From contig OZ316895.1 in the NCBI GenBank assembly GCA_973895155.1, positions 23,768,281 through 23,832,280 on the forward strand: a DNA stretch of 64,000 nt, written 5' to 3'. Origin of the DNA: Marsupella aquatica. Its lineage: Eukaryota; Plantae; Marchantiophyta. The position numbers and the translations under genes were made by a program. How positions within the stretch are numbered: the stretch's first letter is position 1; every line of letters begins with the position of its first letter. The notes below the pieces were generated by a model. It searched no databases. It was not told the DNA's origin and saw only the letters and a list, made by a program, of their open reading frames with translations. Below, piece after piece: positions 14,401 through 26,439 of this stretch.

Positions 14401-15306
14401 GCAATTTCCATTTGTTGTCACTGATCGTGTACTGATTAAGGTTGGTGGTGTTTCCTTATAGCTCCCTGAATTCATTGAGATAAAAAAATTAGTTGAAGTC
14501 TGATAGTTTGCAGGTATTATCTGACACTGGTCAATGGACAATTTCGTGATAACTTGATTTTTTGATTTATTTTATGAGGGTTTGCTGTTTGTTTCTTTAC
14601 ACATTAGAACCAGGAGTAGACCCTTTTAATTTTTTAGAAACTTAATTTTCTCCAGTTTAATCACCCACTTGGATGTTTTGTATTTTGATGTCTTTTTTCA
14701 CTTGGTGAAGATAGTGGGAGACTCTTTTAGAATGTCTCATTTGACTCTTTTAGATTGTTTCATCTTTTAGATTCTCTCGTCAATGAAAATTTTGCAGGGC
14801 AATAAACGTACACCAGAACGTTTTGTTGGTCGTGAGGCAGTGATAACCAACCAGTGCTTAAATGGCTGGTGAGTCGTTCAAGAGTAGCCCGTTGATTTCT
14901 TGCAGCATAACCTGCTTGTAATGAATTGTTTCTAGTATGTGGTCGCCTCTGACAAGGCCTACAAAAATATAATTTACTGACTACCTGGAAGTCCAAAAAT
15001 TGCCAAACACATAATCATTAATTCAGCAGCCGCTGTTCACGAGGAGGATTAGAGCTACGTTGATAAAGTTTCAGTTCAATCAGGGGAGGAAAGAAAACAG
15101 TTTTGGATCGAAACAGTGTTAGACCAGCACAAGTGCTGATCTTTCTTTTGATGGATGGATTGAACTCACATATATCAATTATTTTCAGGTACCTGGTGAG
15201 AACATTGGACAATGGGGAAAGCGTACGATTGCAATATCGCTCGTTGCAAAAACTGGGAGGTCAGCCGTCTCCAAATACGGCACATTTGGGGCCTGGCTGG
15301 CTTTAA
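11425..15306 (+). CDS. U-box domain protein, PUB62/PUB63-like (7 coding exons; long disordered N-terminus, U-box, PUB62/63-type C-terminal domain)
   Basis: Exons 11425-12668, 13332-13413, 13800-13857, 14146-14240, 14351-14440, 14798-14868 and 15189-15306 are all GT-AG and frame-consistent. The spliced product reads SLRSILSDPVSGQLMEDATIFTCGHSFGG...CITCG...NYAIRAAVQAY...KGVQFPFVVTDRVLIKGNKRTPERFVGREAVITNQCLNGWYLVRTLDNGESVRLQYRSLQK. The start is the first in-frame ATG (MGSEDLDMAGG). Confidence 0.9.
13502..13599. mobile_element. ~98-bp foldback or MITE-like remnant in intron 2 of the U-box gene
   Basis: Termini ctcactgcc ... ggcagtgag are reverse complements. Internal atatgcggc and gccgcgcatat can also pair. 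Confidence 0.4.
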
Positions 15307-17852
15307 TTGTAGGTTAGTAAGAAAACTTTATTTTGAGAAGTTGCACTACGGGTTGGTGCCATGGGGCATTTTGTGCCCTGTGTCTATGATTTGGAAACGG
15401 GAGTAGACGATGAAATTTTTTGCATCACAATGATGTGGATGTTCACGAGGACCCAATAGTCTTGACCATTATATTCATTTGAAAAGCCATGTCATGTCTC
15501 ATATTCAACCTGTGTGTACCTCATTTCTACTATCTTTCTTCTTGGGTTTCTTTGCTCAGTAATCAATGGGAGGGAATTCACTCGAGCGTATTTTATAGCA
15601 TTGATGTACGGAATGTGCAACCATGGAAGATGTTGGTTAGAAATGCTGAAGCAGGTGTGTCACACACGTCTTCCCTTTAGTATGAGGTCCTTGGGGGATG
15701 CAGTTGATACTGTTTGTTACGAGTCGCCACTGGTAAGGCAGGGGAAATATGTTGCTGAGTTTGGCTTGACTAGAAGGATGTTCTTTTCCACAAGATGTTG
15801 CTGCCTTTTGGTTGGAGGTGAGTTTTTTGTCCGGCCTGGTCGCAGTTTCGTCAGTTAATCTTATAACATTTTCGATGCGTGCAGGAACATGTTGTTGGTA
15901 AGGCCTGTGAATTTATGTGCCGGTGGATTCTCAATGAAGGTTTCAATTAAGGACGGACCTAGAGAACTCCTCCCAGCGTGCGTGGAATGAAAGAAGGGAG
16001 GTTCAGCGGAGGAGGTGCAACGAAGCTGCAATTACAGCAAGGTTCATCTGTTCCTCCATACGACTTGTCCACGGTCGATCGATGGCAATCACACAAACAT
16101 GTGCAGAATCGTTATACTGAGATATCCTCATTTTCTTGAGGAAAGTTTTGTTTGCTGATTAAGCTCAGCACTGACCGGAAGTTGTACATAGATCAGTTGC
16201 CTTGGTTCACAGGTCATTCCAACCTATTGTGTGGAACTTTTAGGTGCACACACACAGGGGGATGATGTAGGGGAGGGTGTCAACCCTGAGCACTATAGAC
16301 AGTGCCTCTAGTTCTGCACAGAGCCTTACCTATTATTAATCACCCTATAGAGATCTTGTAGCCTCCACAAAGTGGGTCAAACATGTGATATGGGTTGCAG
16401 TTGTAAGAGTACTGTCCATGTACAATACTCATTCTTTAGCTTTGAAGCTTATCTGGAGGTAAAACCTTTGATACGCATTACTCTCAAGATTGCAGCTTAC
16501 TGCTTCTAAGTGATCTTATGCCTCTTCGAAGTGATCTTACCCTTTATTTGGCACGGACAGTGGGTAGATGTGCTCTATTTCTTGGAACTTTGTAATCTTC
16601 AATTTTGAAAACTCTGTACAGCATACGTATGGCATGGGAAAGTGCACCAAACTTTAGGGTCGTCGTAATTACAACGATGAATGATTCCTAGTAACTTGTC
16701 GTTTCAAGTCGTTTCAATGCTACGATGAATGATTCCTACAGTGGTTTTATCTTGCTAGTCTAAAAGTATTTCTTCTAGTAGTTTTGTTAACTCAGGTAAG
16801 TTGGATGATGTATGATTGATTCTTTTAGTAAAGAATTTCACAAACCGGGGTGGGTTACAAAGTGAGTGACGATAAGGTCCGAGTGCGTTCAAAACCTGCA
16901 TCACAGCTAGTCAGTGCCCACCCTTCTCTGAAATGGTATAATAGGCTTATATAAAACTCGGACTCTTCAATTCATTTCAATTGAAGAACTAATTCAAGAT
17001 TTCTTGTGAACAGGAGGCTATGAGAAATATACGTTCAGTACATTATCCGCCAATCAGAAACGCAAATCATCGGGCCAAACACGTACAGAGAAACGTGTGT
17101 AAGTTTTCATTGGAGTTTGGGGTTCTACTCCTCATCTGTCAAAAGTTACAAATACTGAATTTTTCCGTTTCTATAGAATTGACGTCACTTAATTCAGAAG
17201 GGAGACCCACAATCTGTAGGATGGATATACGCACTCAAATCCCTACTACATTGTTCAGAACGGTGAGACACGTTCACTAAACTACATCAGTTTCCAGGTA
17301 TACAGCTTAATGGTCAAAACGACCACGAACACTGTTCCAGCCTGCAAATGCGCCTAGTGCTTAGGACTGCGGGAAGGTTCACAGAATGATTGCAATACTA
17401 CATGATTATGCCCACACAAAAGTTTCCCCATAGCAAGACAAACTTTTGGCTCAGAAATAAAACTTCATTGAAAGCATCGACCCGGCCTTCAGTGCCCGAA
17501 TCCCTACCTCACAATTTCATCACCTGACTATTGAGATGGTTCCAATCCAGATACCGAAAACAAAATGATTTGTTTCCTACAGTGACTTACACTGTTGCCA
17601 TAGATATACACAGAAAGCTATTGCCAAGACAAGAATCAGGAGACATGTCTCACGAACAGCAAACGTCACTTGAACTAGTACAACAAAACGCCATGCGGCA
17701 GCTCGGGACACCAATGGTAACGATGGATCAGAACTTCGTTCACGTATAGACTTCTCGTCTCTCTGTCTGTATTACTAAAGCCTTAACTATCCTGGAAAAC
17801 TACAACCCACCCAGGGGTTCCGATGAAGTAGAAGCGAAACAAACTGCTTAGC

Positions 17853-19107
17853 CTAGTCAAACAAGCTGAAGCCCATATCATCATCGCTCTCTTCCTTCTC
17901 CTCTTCCTTCTGCAATTTCGAAACACACCGTCCAAACAAAACAGTGGCGTTAGAAAACAGCCAATCCTCTGGAGAAGTAAATTTTCATTTTCTCTTAGTC
18001 GAGCACATGTCGAACCTATTCTCTAACATAAGGTACTAAAACCGGAGGCTCCGTAGAAGAACGGGGCTCATAAAATCGATAGCAAGGAATGCGAACAGCA
18101 AAAGACTGGGCAAGGGTTGGCCAGTCCCGAAATGGATTCCTTCTTTAGTTCAATTTCACCAGATCATACCAAAGTACTTCCCTGCCCATGCATTAAATCG
18201 AATCCTTTGGAATATGTTGACCTACCATAATATTCTTTTAGATAGGGTCACTGCTCATCCCATTCATGTGGAAAATCCACTGTAATGACTCAACCAGGTG
18301 GTAAATCACGAATTAATGAACTTGGAATGCAGAATTTGTAGATAGACTCATACCTTCTCTTCTACCTTCTCTTCAACGGCTGCTGGCCCACCGCCAGCAG
18401 CAGCAGGGGCACCTACGGAGACAGCGCCTCCTCCTCCACCTACAACATCCGACGACCACAAGGCGACAGCCTCGTCAACAACAAGATACAGTCTCTCCTC
18501 CACACCGACTGTCGTGCATAACGTTAGTGATTCGACAATAACTACATAAAACCGAACAAGCAAGAGTCACCTGATCCAACGTTGGTGATGAGATCTTCGA
18601 CACTTCTCTTCTCAAGAAGCTTGGCAAAGAGAGAGGGCCAGTACGACTCCACAGTCACGCCGGCGGCCTTGACCAATGTGGCGAGTTTCTCGGCCTGAGA
18701 TGGTGTCAAGTCAAGGGATACAAAAACTCCTCACAAACAAACAAAAAACAAAGAGTCCTTCAAATCACCTATCGACCGCTTCACCATTTCCAATCATGTA
18801 TCAATTCCTGAGCGACCTTTCTTCATCCCGAACATCCACATCCTCCCCTCCCCAAACTCTGTTCCGATGCAAGTCTTTAGCTTGCGAAGGACCGTTGTCA
18901 GGGCAATACATCCATCCATCCCACCAGTCAGCCAGACACAAACGCAAAGACATCACCAAAACCCTGCGCAGTCAACAAACAACTCACACAACAAAAATGC
19001 ACAAGACAGACCGAACTAGAGCTCGGCGGAAAGGATACGGTGATTGGGATGCCATCGTCGTGCAGGATGAGGGCCGCATATGTCACGGCAAGCTCGCTCA
19101 CCGACAT
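17853..19107 (-). CDS. RPP1: 60S acidic ribosomal protein P1 (4 coding exons)
   Basis: Exons 19107-19039, 18694-18571, 18439-18354 and 17909-17853 splice to [111 protein letters not shown]. Confidence 0.97.
18695..19038 (-). other. U12-type (minor spliceosome) GT-AG intron 1 of RPP1
   Basis: The 5' splice site is GTATCCTTTC (U12 consensus RTATCCTTT). A branch-site-like TCCCTTGAC has its A 17 nt from the 3' end, with no long polypyrimidine tract after it. Confidence 0.85.
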
Positions 19108-19259
19108 GGCTGCCGAATTACGAAGCTGAAGAGAGCTCGATTTGGAATTCTTTTGCTCGAGCTTCGGGAGAGCGAGCGAGCGAGAGAGAGAGAGAGAGCG
19201 AAAGGAGTCGCGAAATCGAAAGGGGTCCGAAATGTCGAGTTTCCACTCTTGAGCCTCGA

Positions 19260-19306
19260 AAACCCTAAACTCTAACCCCAGTTCTACAGTGACAAGGAAA
19301 CCCTAA
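19260..19306. promoter_or_regulatory. Two telo-boxes (AAACCCTAA) in the RPP1 promoter
   Basis: AAACCCTAA at 19260-19268 and 19298-19306, just upstream of the CT-rich leader. Telo-boxes are a known feature of plant translation-gene promoters. Confidence 0.7.
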
Positions 19307-20964
19307 AGGTCCGTAACCGGGGGTCTGCCTGTGGTTAAGGGCTATCCTCTGGTTACCTGTACAGCAGGGGAACGGTGAAGGTCTCTGACGGTGAGGGTTT
19401 CATGGGTTAGTGCGCAGGGGGCAAAAGACTCCACCCACCAGTAGTGTAGTTTTGTTCACCATTGTCAACATTTTCCATTTGCCAGTCTGGGTCAAAGGGT
19501 TCTGGTTGGTGTAACAGTAGTTGAGAATTTTCATTTGTTAGTCTATGTAAGAATGAGGCAGCACTCGGTAGGTGCGTCCGCGAAACCCCTATGCCTATCT
19601 AGCCTTGGGACTATCAAATTTGAATGAGATTCATCTTTACAAGAGACACTATCTTGTAAGGTGGAAATTTTTAAGCAAACAATTTTGCACTGTGAAAGTG
19701 AATTGAATGTTTCAGACTGGAGTCTTGTGGTTGGTAACTTATCCCCACTTGGTAATGATGGGCTGTAACCCATTCATGCTCATAGCCCTTGGAAAATTAC
19801 ATCCCTGACCCCCTCTTCGGGACAAGCAACCTTGAGGTCTCATATGGCAAGGGGTTCACCGGTTAGGGGGCAAGAGGCTCCGTAAATTTCTAGGGTATTT
19901 TTCTCTGTACTTTTGTTCAGATTGTCAATCTCAACCCTCCCCCAGACCTGAAACTTTGCTGTATCTGCCCGAAGGGACGAGAACTTGTCTCACAACCATG
20001 CGGCCGAGCCTATAATGATTCTTTTCATGCGACGCTGCTTCCGTAGTAGGGGTGCCCGAACCCAGCAGCCATCCACGAAGGTTTAGCTGCACCCTAACGT
20101 TCAGCTCATGCAAGTTGAGTCACAATTTTTTTTATAATGCCATTACAAAGTGCAGACCTTGTTGAGCTTGGATAAACCATTCCAGCAACAAAAAGGCAAA
20201 ATGCACTCAAGATTTATGCCCAATCTATGCTCTTTTCAGGGGCTATACAGGAAACACATCATCTTAAGCTAAAATCTATGCCCTCAGGGATTATAGTCCA
20301 TAACCCCTTGGAGCCATGGGTTGTTTAGACACTACTCAGGGATTGTAAAAACTTTGTAGTACGTGGTGATCGCCTGTACTGGGGATTTTCAAGTGTGCAT
20401 GACAACTTAAGTGCAAACTCCAATTTCAATTGAGAGGCCAGCAACAATGTGTCAAAACAGATGTAAAATATGTGTGGATGACCCTAATGCCCAAGCATTG
20501 CAGGGAAGTGCACAATTAGCAAGGGTGAGGCACGGAGATTGGGGGAAAGATATAGAGGGTGAGGAACCAATGGAAATGCCAAGTGCAAGGTAAAGCCAAA
20601 GCATGGATGGCACAAAGGGAGGGAGCTTGGAGAGGTGCTTTTGGCTGATTCAGTGGTGAAAAAACATCTAACACTATAATAACCGATGCCGTCTTTTTTG
20701 CCTTTCGTCTGTTTACAAAATGAGCTGAGGGCGGGAGTCATGTGTGGCCATTGGATTCCTTGACATTTTTTAGAAGCCTTTCATTGGTTTGTTTGTGTGC
20801 CCCCTCGCTTTCTCCTCTGCCCTCACCCTCCATGCCACGGCCTGCCATGATCCTTTATCCCACGGCCTAGCCTTTGTGCTTGCCCTCTGACATCCACCCT
20901 TGCCATGGGCCTGGCTCGCCCCCTGGTGCATGGTCCTGCCACGGCCCTGACACGCCCACGGCCC

Positions 20965-21274
20965 TGTTGGGAATAATCCCTATCCCGAGACACCATGCAC
21001 ATGACAACACCATACACATGACAACACCATACAAAGTAGTCGACACAGCGAGTACATGGTTCACCTTATGACCGAGGCTACATCCACGGGAAAGTAAGAG
21101 ACCTTTACTTCTCTCTTGCTCAACTCCAACAATGAACTGAAGATCCACCAGGGACTGGCACCAGCCCTGGCTATATATACAACAACACTAACGCTAACCT
21201 TAGCTAAGTCCTAACCCAAGTTAGCCTAACTATGGTTAGCTCAAGAGTCACAAGACTAAGAGCAATACCTAACA
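20965..21274 (-). mobile_element. Solo LTR (310 bp), copia-type, related to the LTRs at 29944 and 35295
   Basis: Termini tgttgg...cctaaca; TSD ggccc/ggcac (1 mismatch). It shares 'gacacag.gag.ta..tggttcacct.....gaggctac.tccacggga' and 'gttagcc..aactatggt' with the copia LTRs. Confidence 0.8.
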
Positions 21275-22676
21275 GGCACCCTCCTTCCCACGCTGCCCTC
21301 CCCCTGCCATTCTGCCTCTCCGTTGCTTGCTTTGAGTGCTACGGCCTACCATGGCCAAGCTCTGTCGTCAGTCCAGGCGCAGTCGTTGCCCCACCCTGCT
21401 AATCCAAGCGCAAACCATTGCCATGTGCTCAGGTGCTGTTGCCACACACTCACCCTGCCCTGATAGTCCAGGTGCGGCAGTGGCGGACAGGCACCGACGG
21501 CCACCCACAGTCCAGGCGTGGCCGTGGCAGATGGGTTGCCCCAGCCATGCCTAGATTGTGGGTCCCCGTCGCCCGGTGCCCGTTGCTCGGTGCCCGTCGC
21601 TGCCCGTTTGCCCCCAGCCGCAACAGGACTGTGGGTGGCCGTTGCCGGTTGCCCGTCGTTGCCTCTCTGCCATGGCCGCCCGTCGCTGCCCGTCCGCCAC
21701 CACCGCGCCTGGACTGTGGGTGGCCATCATCCATCGCTGCCTCTCCGCCGCCGCCGTGTCTGGACTGCCACGGCCCTGGCGACCATGTGGCTCTCCCTCC
21801 AAGCATGCGTGGACATCAATAGTCCTGCCACAGCCTTGGCTCGCCCCTGGCATCCTCCATGCCACAGTCTGTCATGGCCATACCTCGCATGCCCTTGCAA
21901 CTGCCACTACCCACATTTGGACTGACTCACGTTTTGCTGATGGGAGACTGAGTACTTTTGGGGTTGGGGGTCAAAAATTCAACGCCAGATGTGGTCCGAG
22001 GGTGGCAGGACCCCAGATGTATATATGAGGGGACTAATATTTCAGGGAATGAGACGTAGGCGATGCAATTAGTGATCACGAGAAATAATAGTGGCCACGG
22101 CCCATAGGTGATGGCCATGGCAATGGGCCGCCTCTCACAAAAGTGGGTAATTTTACAAAGTCAAAAGATGATTGCCACAACCCGCGGGTGACAGCCATCG
22201 GGATTGGTGACCCTCGCCCCAAAATGGAAATATAGTTTTCCCACAAGTTTTGTACGACTGCTCTGTATTTTGCCATGTGAGTGAGCTTCAAAAATTATGA
22301 TTTGTTGGGTTTTGCTCATTTTTTTGGACAAAGAGGATGGGTGCCCATGGGGACAGATTGCCCTTGGCGCAAAATAGAATATGGTGGTTGTGAACGTTTC
22401 TGGGGAGCTTGCAAAGGCCAATTCAAGTAAGGGGATACCATAGAGGCAAGAGACATCCTTGAAGTAGGATGATTGCCACCAAGGTTGGGAGGTTGAGACG
22501 AGGGATTGTGGTAAGGAGTATCCTCGACGGATATTGGGTCTCTTGCAAAGGTGTGGCCCAACCGGCGTTCAAGATACTCAAGGGTATGTTGAGCTTGATT
22601 GGGGGTGCATAAAAAATTCTCATATGTTTTGTGGATTGGATCCAAATGATGGACGGGTTTTGAGAGTTTTTGCACC

Positions 22677-23346
22677 ATGAGAACCCGAGGGGAGAGGTTG
22701 GAAGCTGATCGTGAGCGTCATGCCCAAAATATGGAAGCAATAAATGCAAGGCGTCGGCAACAATATGCTCAGGGACGATTGCAAGAGGGGGCTCAAGTCC
22801 GTGCGGTGCCATAACCAAGTGCCACACCAACTGTGGGTTCCCCGCTGCCGGAACCAAGTGTGGCACTTTTGGCACCACAACCAAGTGGTTCAGGTGTCGT
22901 GCCAAGTGTGCCACTTGCCCATAGAGTTAGTGGTCGACAACTATGGCGTGAAGCAGGGGCACCACGACAAACTCTAACAACACCATTGCTTTCCCTTGGG
23001 GGGGGGGGGGCAAGTTTAGGATCAACTCTGGCCTCTGGCTGCGCAAATAGTGGAAGGGAGCTTCGTCGTGAAGCTAGGGCTACTCAACAAGCCTTGGCCA
23101 GATCCATTGCTATCAATAACGGCCGAGAGGTTGCCCCAAGTGTAATATCCAGCCGTGTAGTGACACCTGTGAGCGGTCCATCTGACCCTCCCATGTTCGA
23201 TGAAAGTTGGCTCATTGATGGTGCCTTGGACGCATGTAGGGTTGACCAGCCTCCAAAGGAATTTGTCATTCCCCCACCTCAACATCTTGCCCTCACTCAA
23301 AATCTTGCCCTCACTTGAAGTCTTTCGTGCAATGCACGGGGCTAGT
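22677..23346 (+). mobile_element. Helitron-like remnant: decayed ORF followed by a hairpin and CTAG
   Basis: The frame starting at ATG 22677 (MRTRGERLEADRERHAQNMEAINARRRQQY...) continues through one TAA into ORF 22833-23318. It is followed by cgtgcaatgcacg (23326-23338) and ctag|t. The 5' boundary was not determined. Confidence 0.45.
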
Positions 23347-23974
23347 TTTACACGGGGCTAGTTTTACAATAGAAGTACCAACTGAGTCCTCTCTTAAGGG
23401 CTTAGGTGAAGACTCTAGACAGTAACTCCCAATACAAACAAAACTGATGATAAAGTTCAATAGTTAAATTTATAAGTGATTGACAAAAATGACAGTCTAA
23501 ATAAAGATAAAACTGAAATGCGGATGGACAGAAACAAGATAGGGCAAACTAACCAAAATAGCATATACTTTTCTATGGTGCAAGACTTTTCTTCATATCT
23601 GTTTATGTTCAGGGTAATGGTGATGGGGCTAGTATATAACAAATGGCCATGGCTTTTCCAAGGAATGTGTCATGGGGCTAGTATTTAACAAATTGCCATG
23701 CCTTTTACATTAAGGAAAGGGTCATGGGGCTAGTGTTGAACAAATGGCCACGACTTTTCCCACCCAGTTGATATCTTCTAAGTAGGCGATCACCCATTAT
23801 GGGTGGAGACTGGATGTTACAGTGTTTCATGAATATGAGAATTACATGGAGTGTGAGAAACACATGCATCAACCAGGATTCCAGGAAGCAGAGTCACATT
23901 GTACTCTTGTCCTGGCAAAAATGCGTCTATGCAGGGGCCAAACGATCAGACCTGTCTTAAAGTTACCAACTCGA

Positions 23975-24260
23975 TACCCCCAAGAGGACTGAGTAAACGA
24001 TTACAATCATATCTTGTGAAGTATACTTGCAGATAAGTGACTAAAGTAATTACAGCTTCTTAATGCCTTTCGTCATTGGTCTCCAGAACTGCTCTAAAAA
24101 CTGTATCACTCAATATACCCCAATATACCCCAAGAGGAGTGAGCAAAGGATTACGATCATAAGTTGTGAAATATACTTGCAGAGAAGGGACTAAAGTGTC
24201 ACAGCTACTTGATGCCTGTCATAGGTTCTCCGGAAGTGCCCTGAAAATTGCACTTCTACT
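23975..24260. repeat. ~150-bp diverged tandem duplication
   Basis: 'taccccaagagga.tgag.aaa.gattac.atcata..ttgtgaa.tatacttgcaga.aag.gactaaagt' at ~23976 and ~24126. Confidence 0.8.
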
Positions 24261-24389
24261 AAAATGAGTGAAAGTAAAACAATAATTGCATGGCATGACA
24301 AGGCCAAGAAGCAAAAGGTGCTCGGCTGACAGGAAGAAAGTTAACAGAGTAGATGTGTAGCTAAATTTGTCGGACCGATTCTACTCAAA

Positions 24390-24795
24390 GAGTACTCCTC
24401 AAATTGACACCACGGCACTCTTTACAGTTTGCACTGATACTTAAGTTCTCAGATTTCACACACGTAAAAAAAACCCACTTCATTTCATTCCCAGAAGAAA
24501 CTAACTCCCAGAAGGAAACCGATTCAGATTCATTACAATGATTCCAAAAATGCTTTACTGTGATTGTGGGATACAGTACTCCTCAAATTTATACCACTGC
24601 ACTCTTTACAGTTTGCACTGATACTTAGGTTCTCAGATTTCACACACGTAACAAAACCCACTTGATCAATCCCAGAAGAAACTAACTCCAAGAAGGAAAA
24701 CAGATTCAGATTCATTACAATAATTCCAAAAACTCGTTCCCAGAAGAAACTAATTCCCAGAAGGAGACAGATTCAGATTCATTCCAATGATTCTC
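24390..24795. repeat. ~185-bp tandem duplication plus a partial third copy
   Basis: 'agtactcctcaaatt...cactctttacagtttgcactgatactta.gttctcagatttcacacacgtaa...cccagaagaaactaactcc.agaagga...gattcagattcatt' at 24390 and 24575, partial at 24737. Confidence 0.9.
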
Positions 24796-25824
24796 AAGGA
24801 CACGCATGGTAATATGGAAACCATGGTAATATGACAACCTCGTGAGCAGTGAAAGAAACTTCTGCTCAGATCCAGGTTCGAGGAAAACCACAATGTTTTC
24901 TGCCCATTAGACAGACCAAATCTGGACTACTGTAGTGACAGCGAAACAGTCTCCTTTACTTTTGCTCCCGGTCTCGTCTCGCAAACATTGGATTTAAAGT
25001 AGAACGAACTGTACCCAAAATTAAAGTTATCGAGCACCCAACTGAACAATGGAAATCTACAATAGATCTTCCAATGTCGGTTAAGGCAACTTCGATTTCA
25101 ACGTGTATCATCTCTGAACACTTTTGTTCTCTACACACTATACAAAATGGTACAAGAACTTACTGCGTGATGTACCGTGCTCAAGAGGCATCACATGAAA
25201 GTTTCCATAAAAACACAATCCATGTTATCCACATGTCATGTCCTTTGCAAGAAAAAAACGATTAAGAGGAAGCAGAAAATTTCCGACCAGGTAGCTTTGA
25301 AAGTTTCATCACCGAGTTCACTGCTTCAAAGCACACCAGTTGGCCGCGTTGAATCTTTCAACGATAGCAACCAACAGCGTGTGACTAAGTTAACAAACAC
25401 ACGCACATTTGCGGCTCCACAATGCCAAACAGCTCAAGCGACTGCAAATCCTCCTCCCGTTACCACACAAGTTTTCGAAGCAGCGCTGATTGACAAAAGG
25501 AAATGCCTGGAAACCGAGACCGATTTCGGTTAATGAACATACAGCCCTCCCCAAGAAGATGATGCAAAGGACGTTAGGCCAGCAGCGGCAAATGTGACCG
25601 ACTGTTTCGAGCAGAAGGAAGCTCCATATGAACAATCGGTGATAACTGAAGCACAACAGCCTTTTAAGTCGCAGACAACTTACTCGGTTGATCGAAATGG
25701 ACCAAGTGGGTCCAACTGATGAGGCAAAATCTTCCATCTCTCCTTTGATACGTTTCGAAAGTACTGCCGAAATCTCTGTACAAGGGGCGGATTGCTGGCT
25801 GGTGATACACGTCTTCCTCTCTTC

Positions 25825-26439
25825 TTAGAAATCAGTAACCTGAGGAGGAGCTTCTTCACCAGGCGTTTTGTGCTCGGAAGGATTCGCCACGGCTTCGTAT
25901 ACAATCGTTGTGACTGCATCCCTATGACTGTCCGTCGCCTCTCCCCGCAACCCCACAAAACGTATCTCCGTGCTCGTTCCACCGAAGCTCTCCGGAAAGT
26001 GGAGTGTGAGGTTTGCCACTCCCTTAAAACGAGCATACCTCGTTTGGTACTCGAGCTCCCCGCGAGGATTCTCAGCAAGGTCCCATTCCTGCACGGGGGA
26101 CAAGTCTTGCACGTTGGAAAAGTCGATGTCAATCCGGTTTATGAATGCGCGCATTTTGGCCGGACTGGTCCCGTTTGCTCCACCGATGATAGAGATCCCT
26201 TTGATGATGACGTCGCTGGTGAATGGAATGAAGAGAAGTAGCTCTGGATCGTCAGCATTGCTCCTCAACGTTTCGGCCGAAACCTCCAGGCGGCGATCCC
26301 AGCTCTTTAGTACCGATTTCGCGCTGTCTTCCACTGCCTCGTTCAACGCCCACACCTTGGGCAGGTCGATATGTTTGTAGAGGGAAAAGCCAGCTCCACA
26401 ATCATGGTCCGCACAGTCATGGGAATGTGTGCAAGCCAT
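25825..26439 (-). CDS. PITH domain-containing protein (PITHD1-like), intronless CDS
   Basis: MACTHSHDCADHDCG..SLYKHIDLPKVWALNE...LRSNADDPELLLFIPFTSDVIIKGISIIGG..GTSPAKMRAFINRIDIDFS...EYQTRYARFKGVANLTLHFPESFGGTSTEIRFVGLRGE...IVYEAVANPSEHK. The first ATG is at 26439. Confidence 0.93.
   Translation of the reverse strand: MACTHSHDCADHDCGAGFSLYKHIDLPKVWALNEAVEDSAKSVLKSWDRRLEVSAETLRSNADDPELLLFIPFTSDVIIKGISIIGGANGTSPAKMRAFINRIDIDFSNVQDLSPVQEWDLAENPRGELEYQTRYARFKGVANLTLHFPESFGGTSTEIRFVGLRGEATDSHRDAVTTIVYEAVANPSEHKTPGEEAPPQVTDF

Noticed and set aside
17910-18353. Possible intronic snoRNA in RPP1 intron 3
   Set aside because: No canonical RUGAUGA...CUGA pair or clear H/ACA architecture was seen.
21336-22028. 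Many overlapping ORFs in the GC-rich block (similarly 34081-34496)
   Set aside because: They arise from GC-rich repeats lacking stop codons and have no protein-like features.
25680-26380. Overlapping ORFs of 136-150 aa around the PITH gene
   Set aside because: Alternative-frame and antisense shadows of the PITH CDS.
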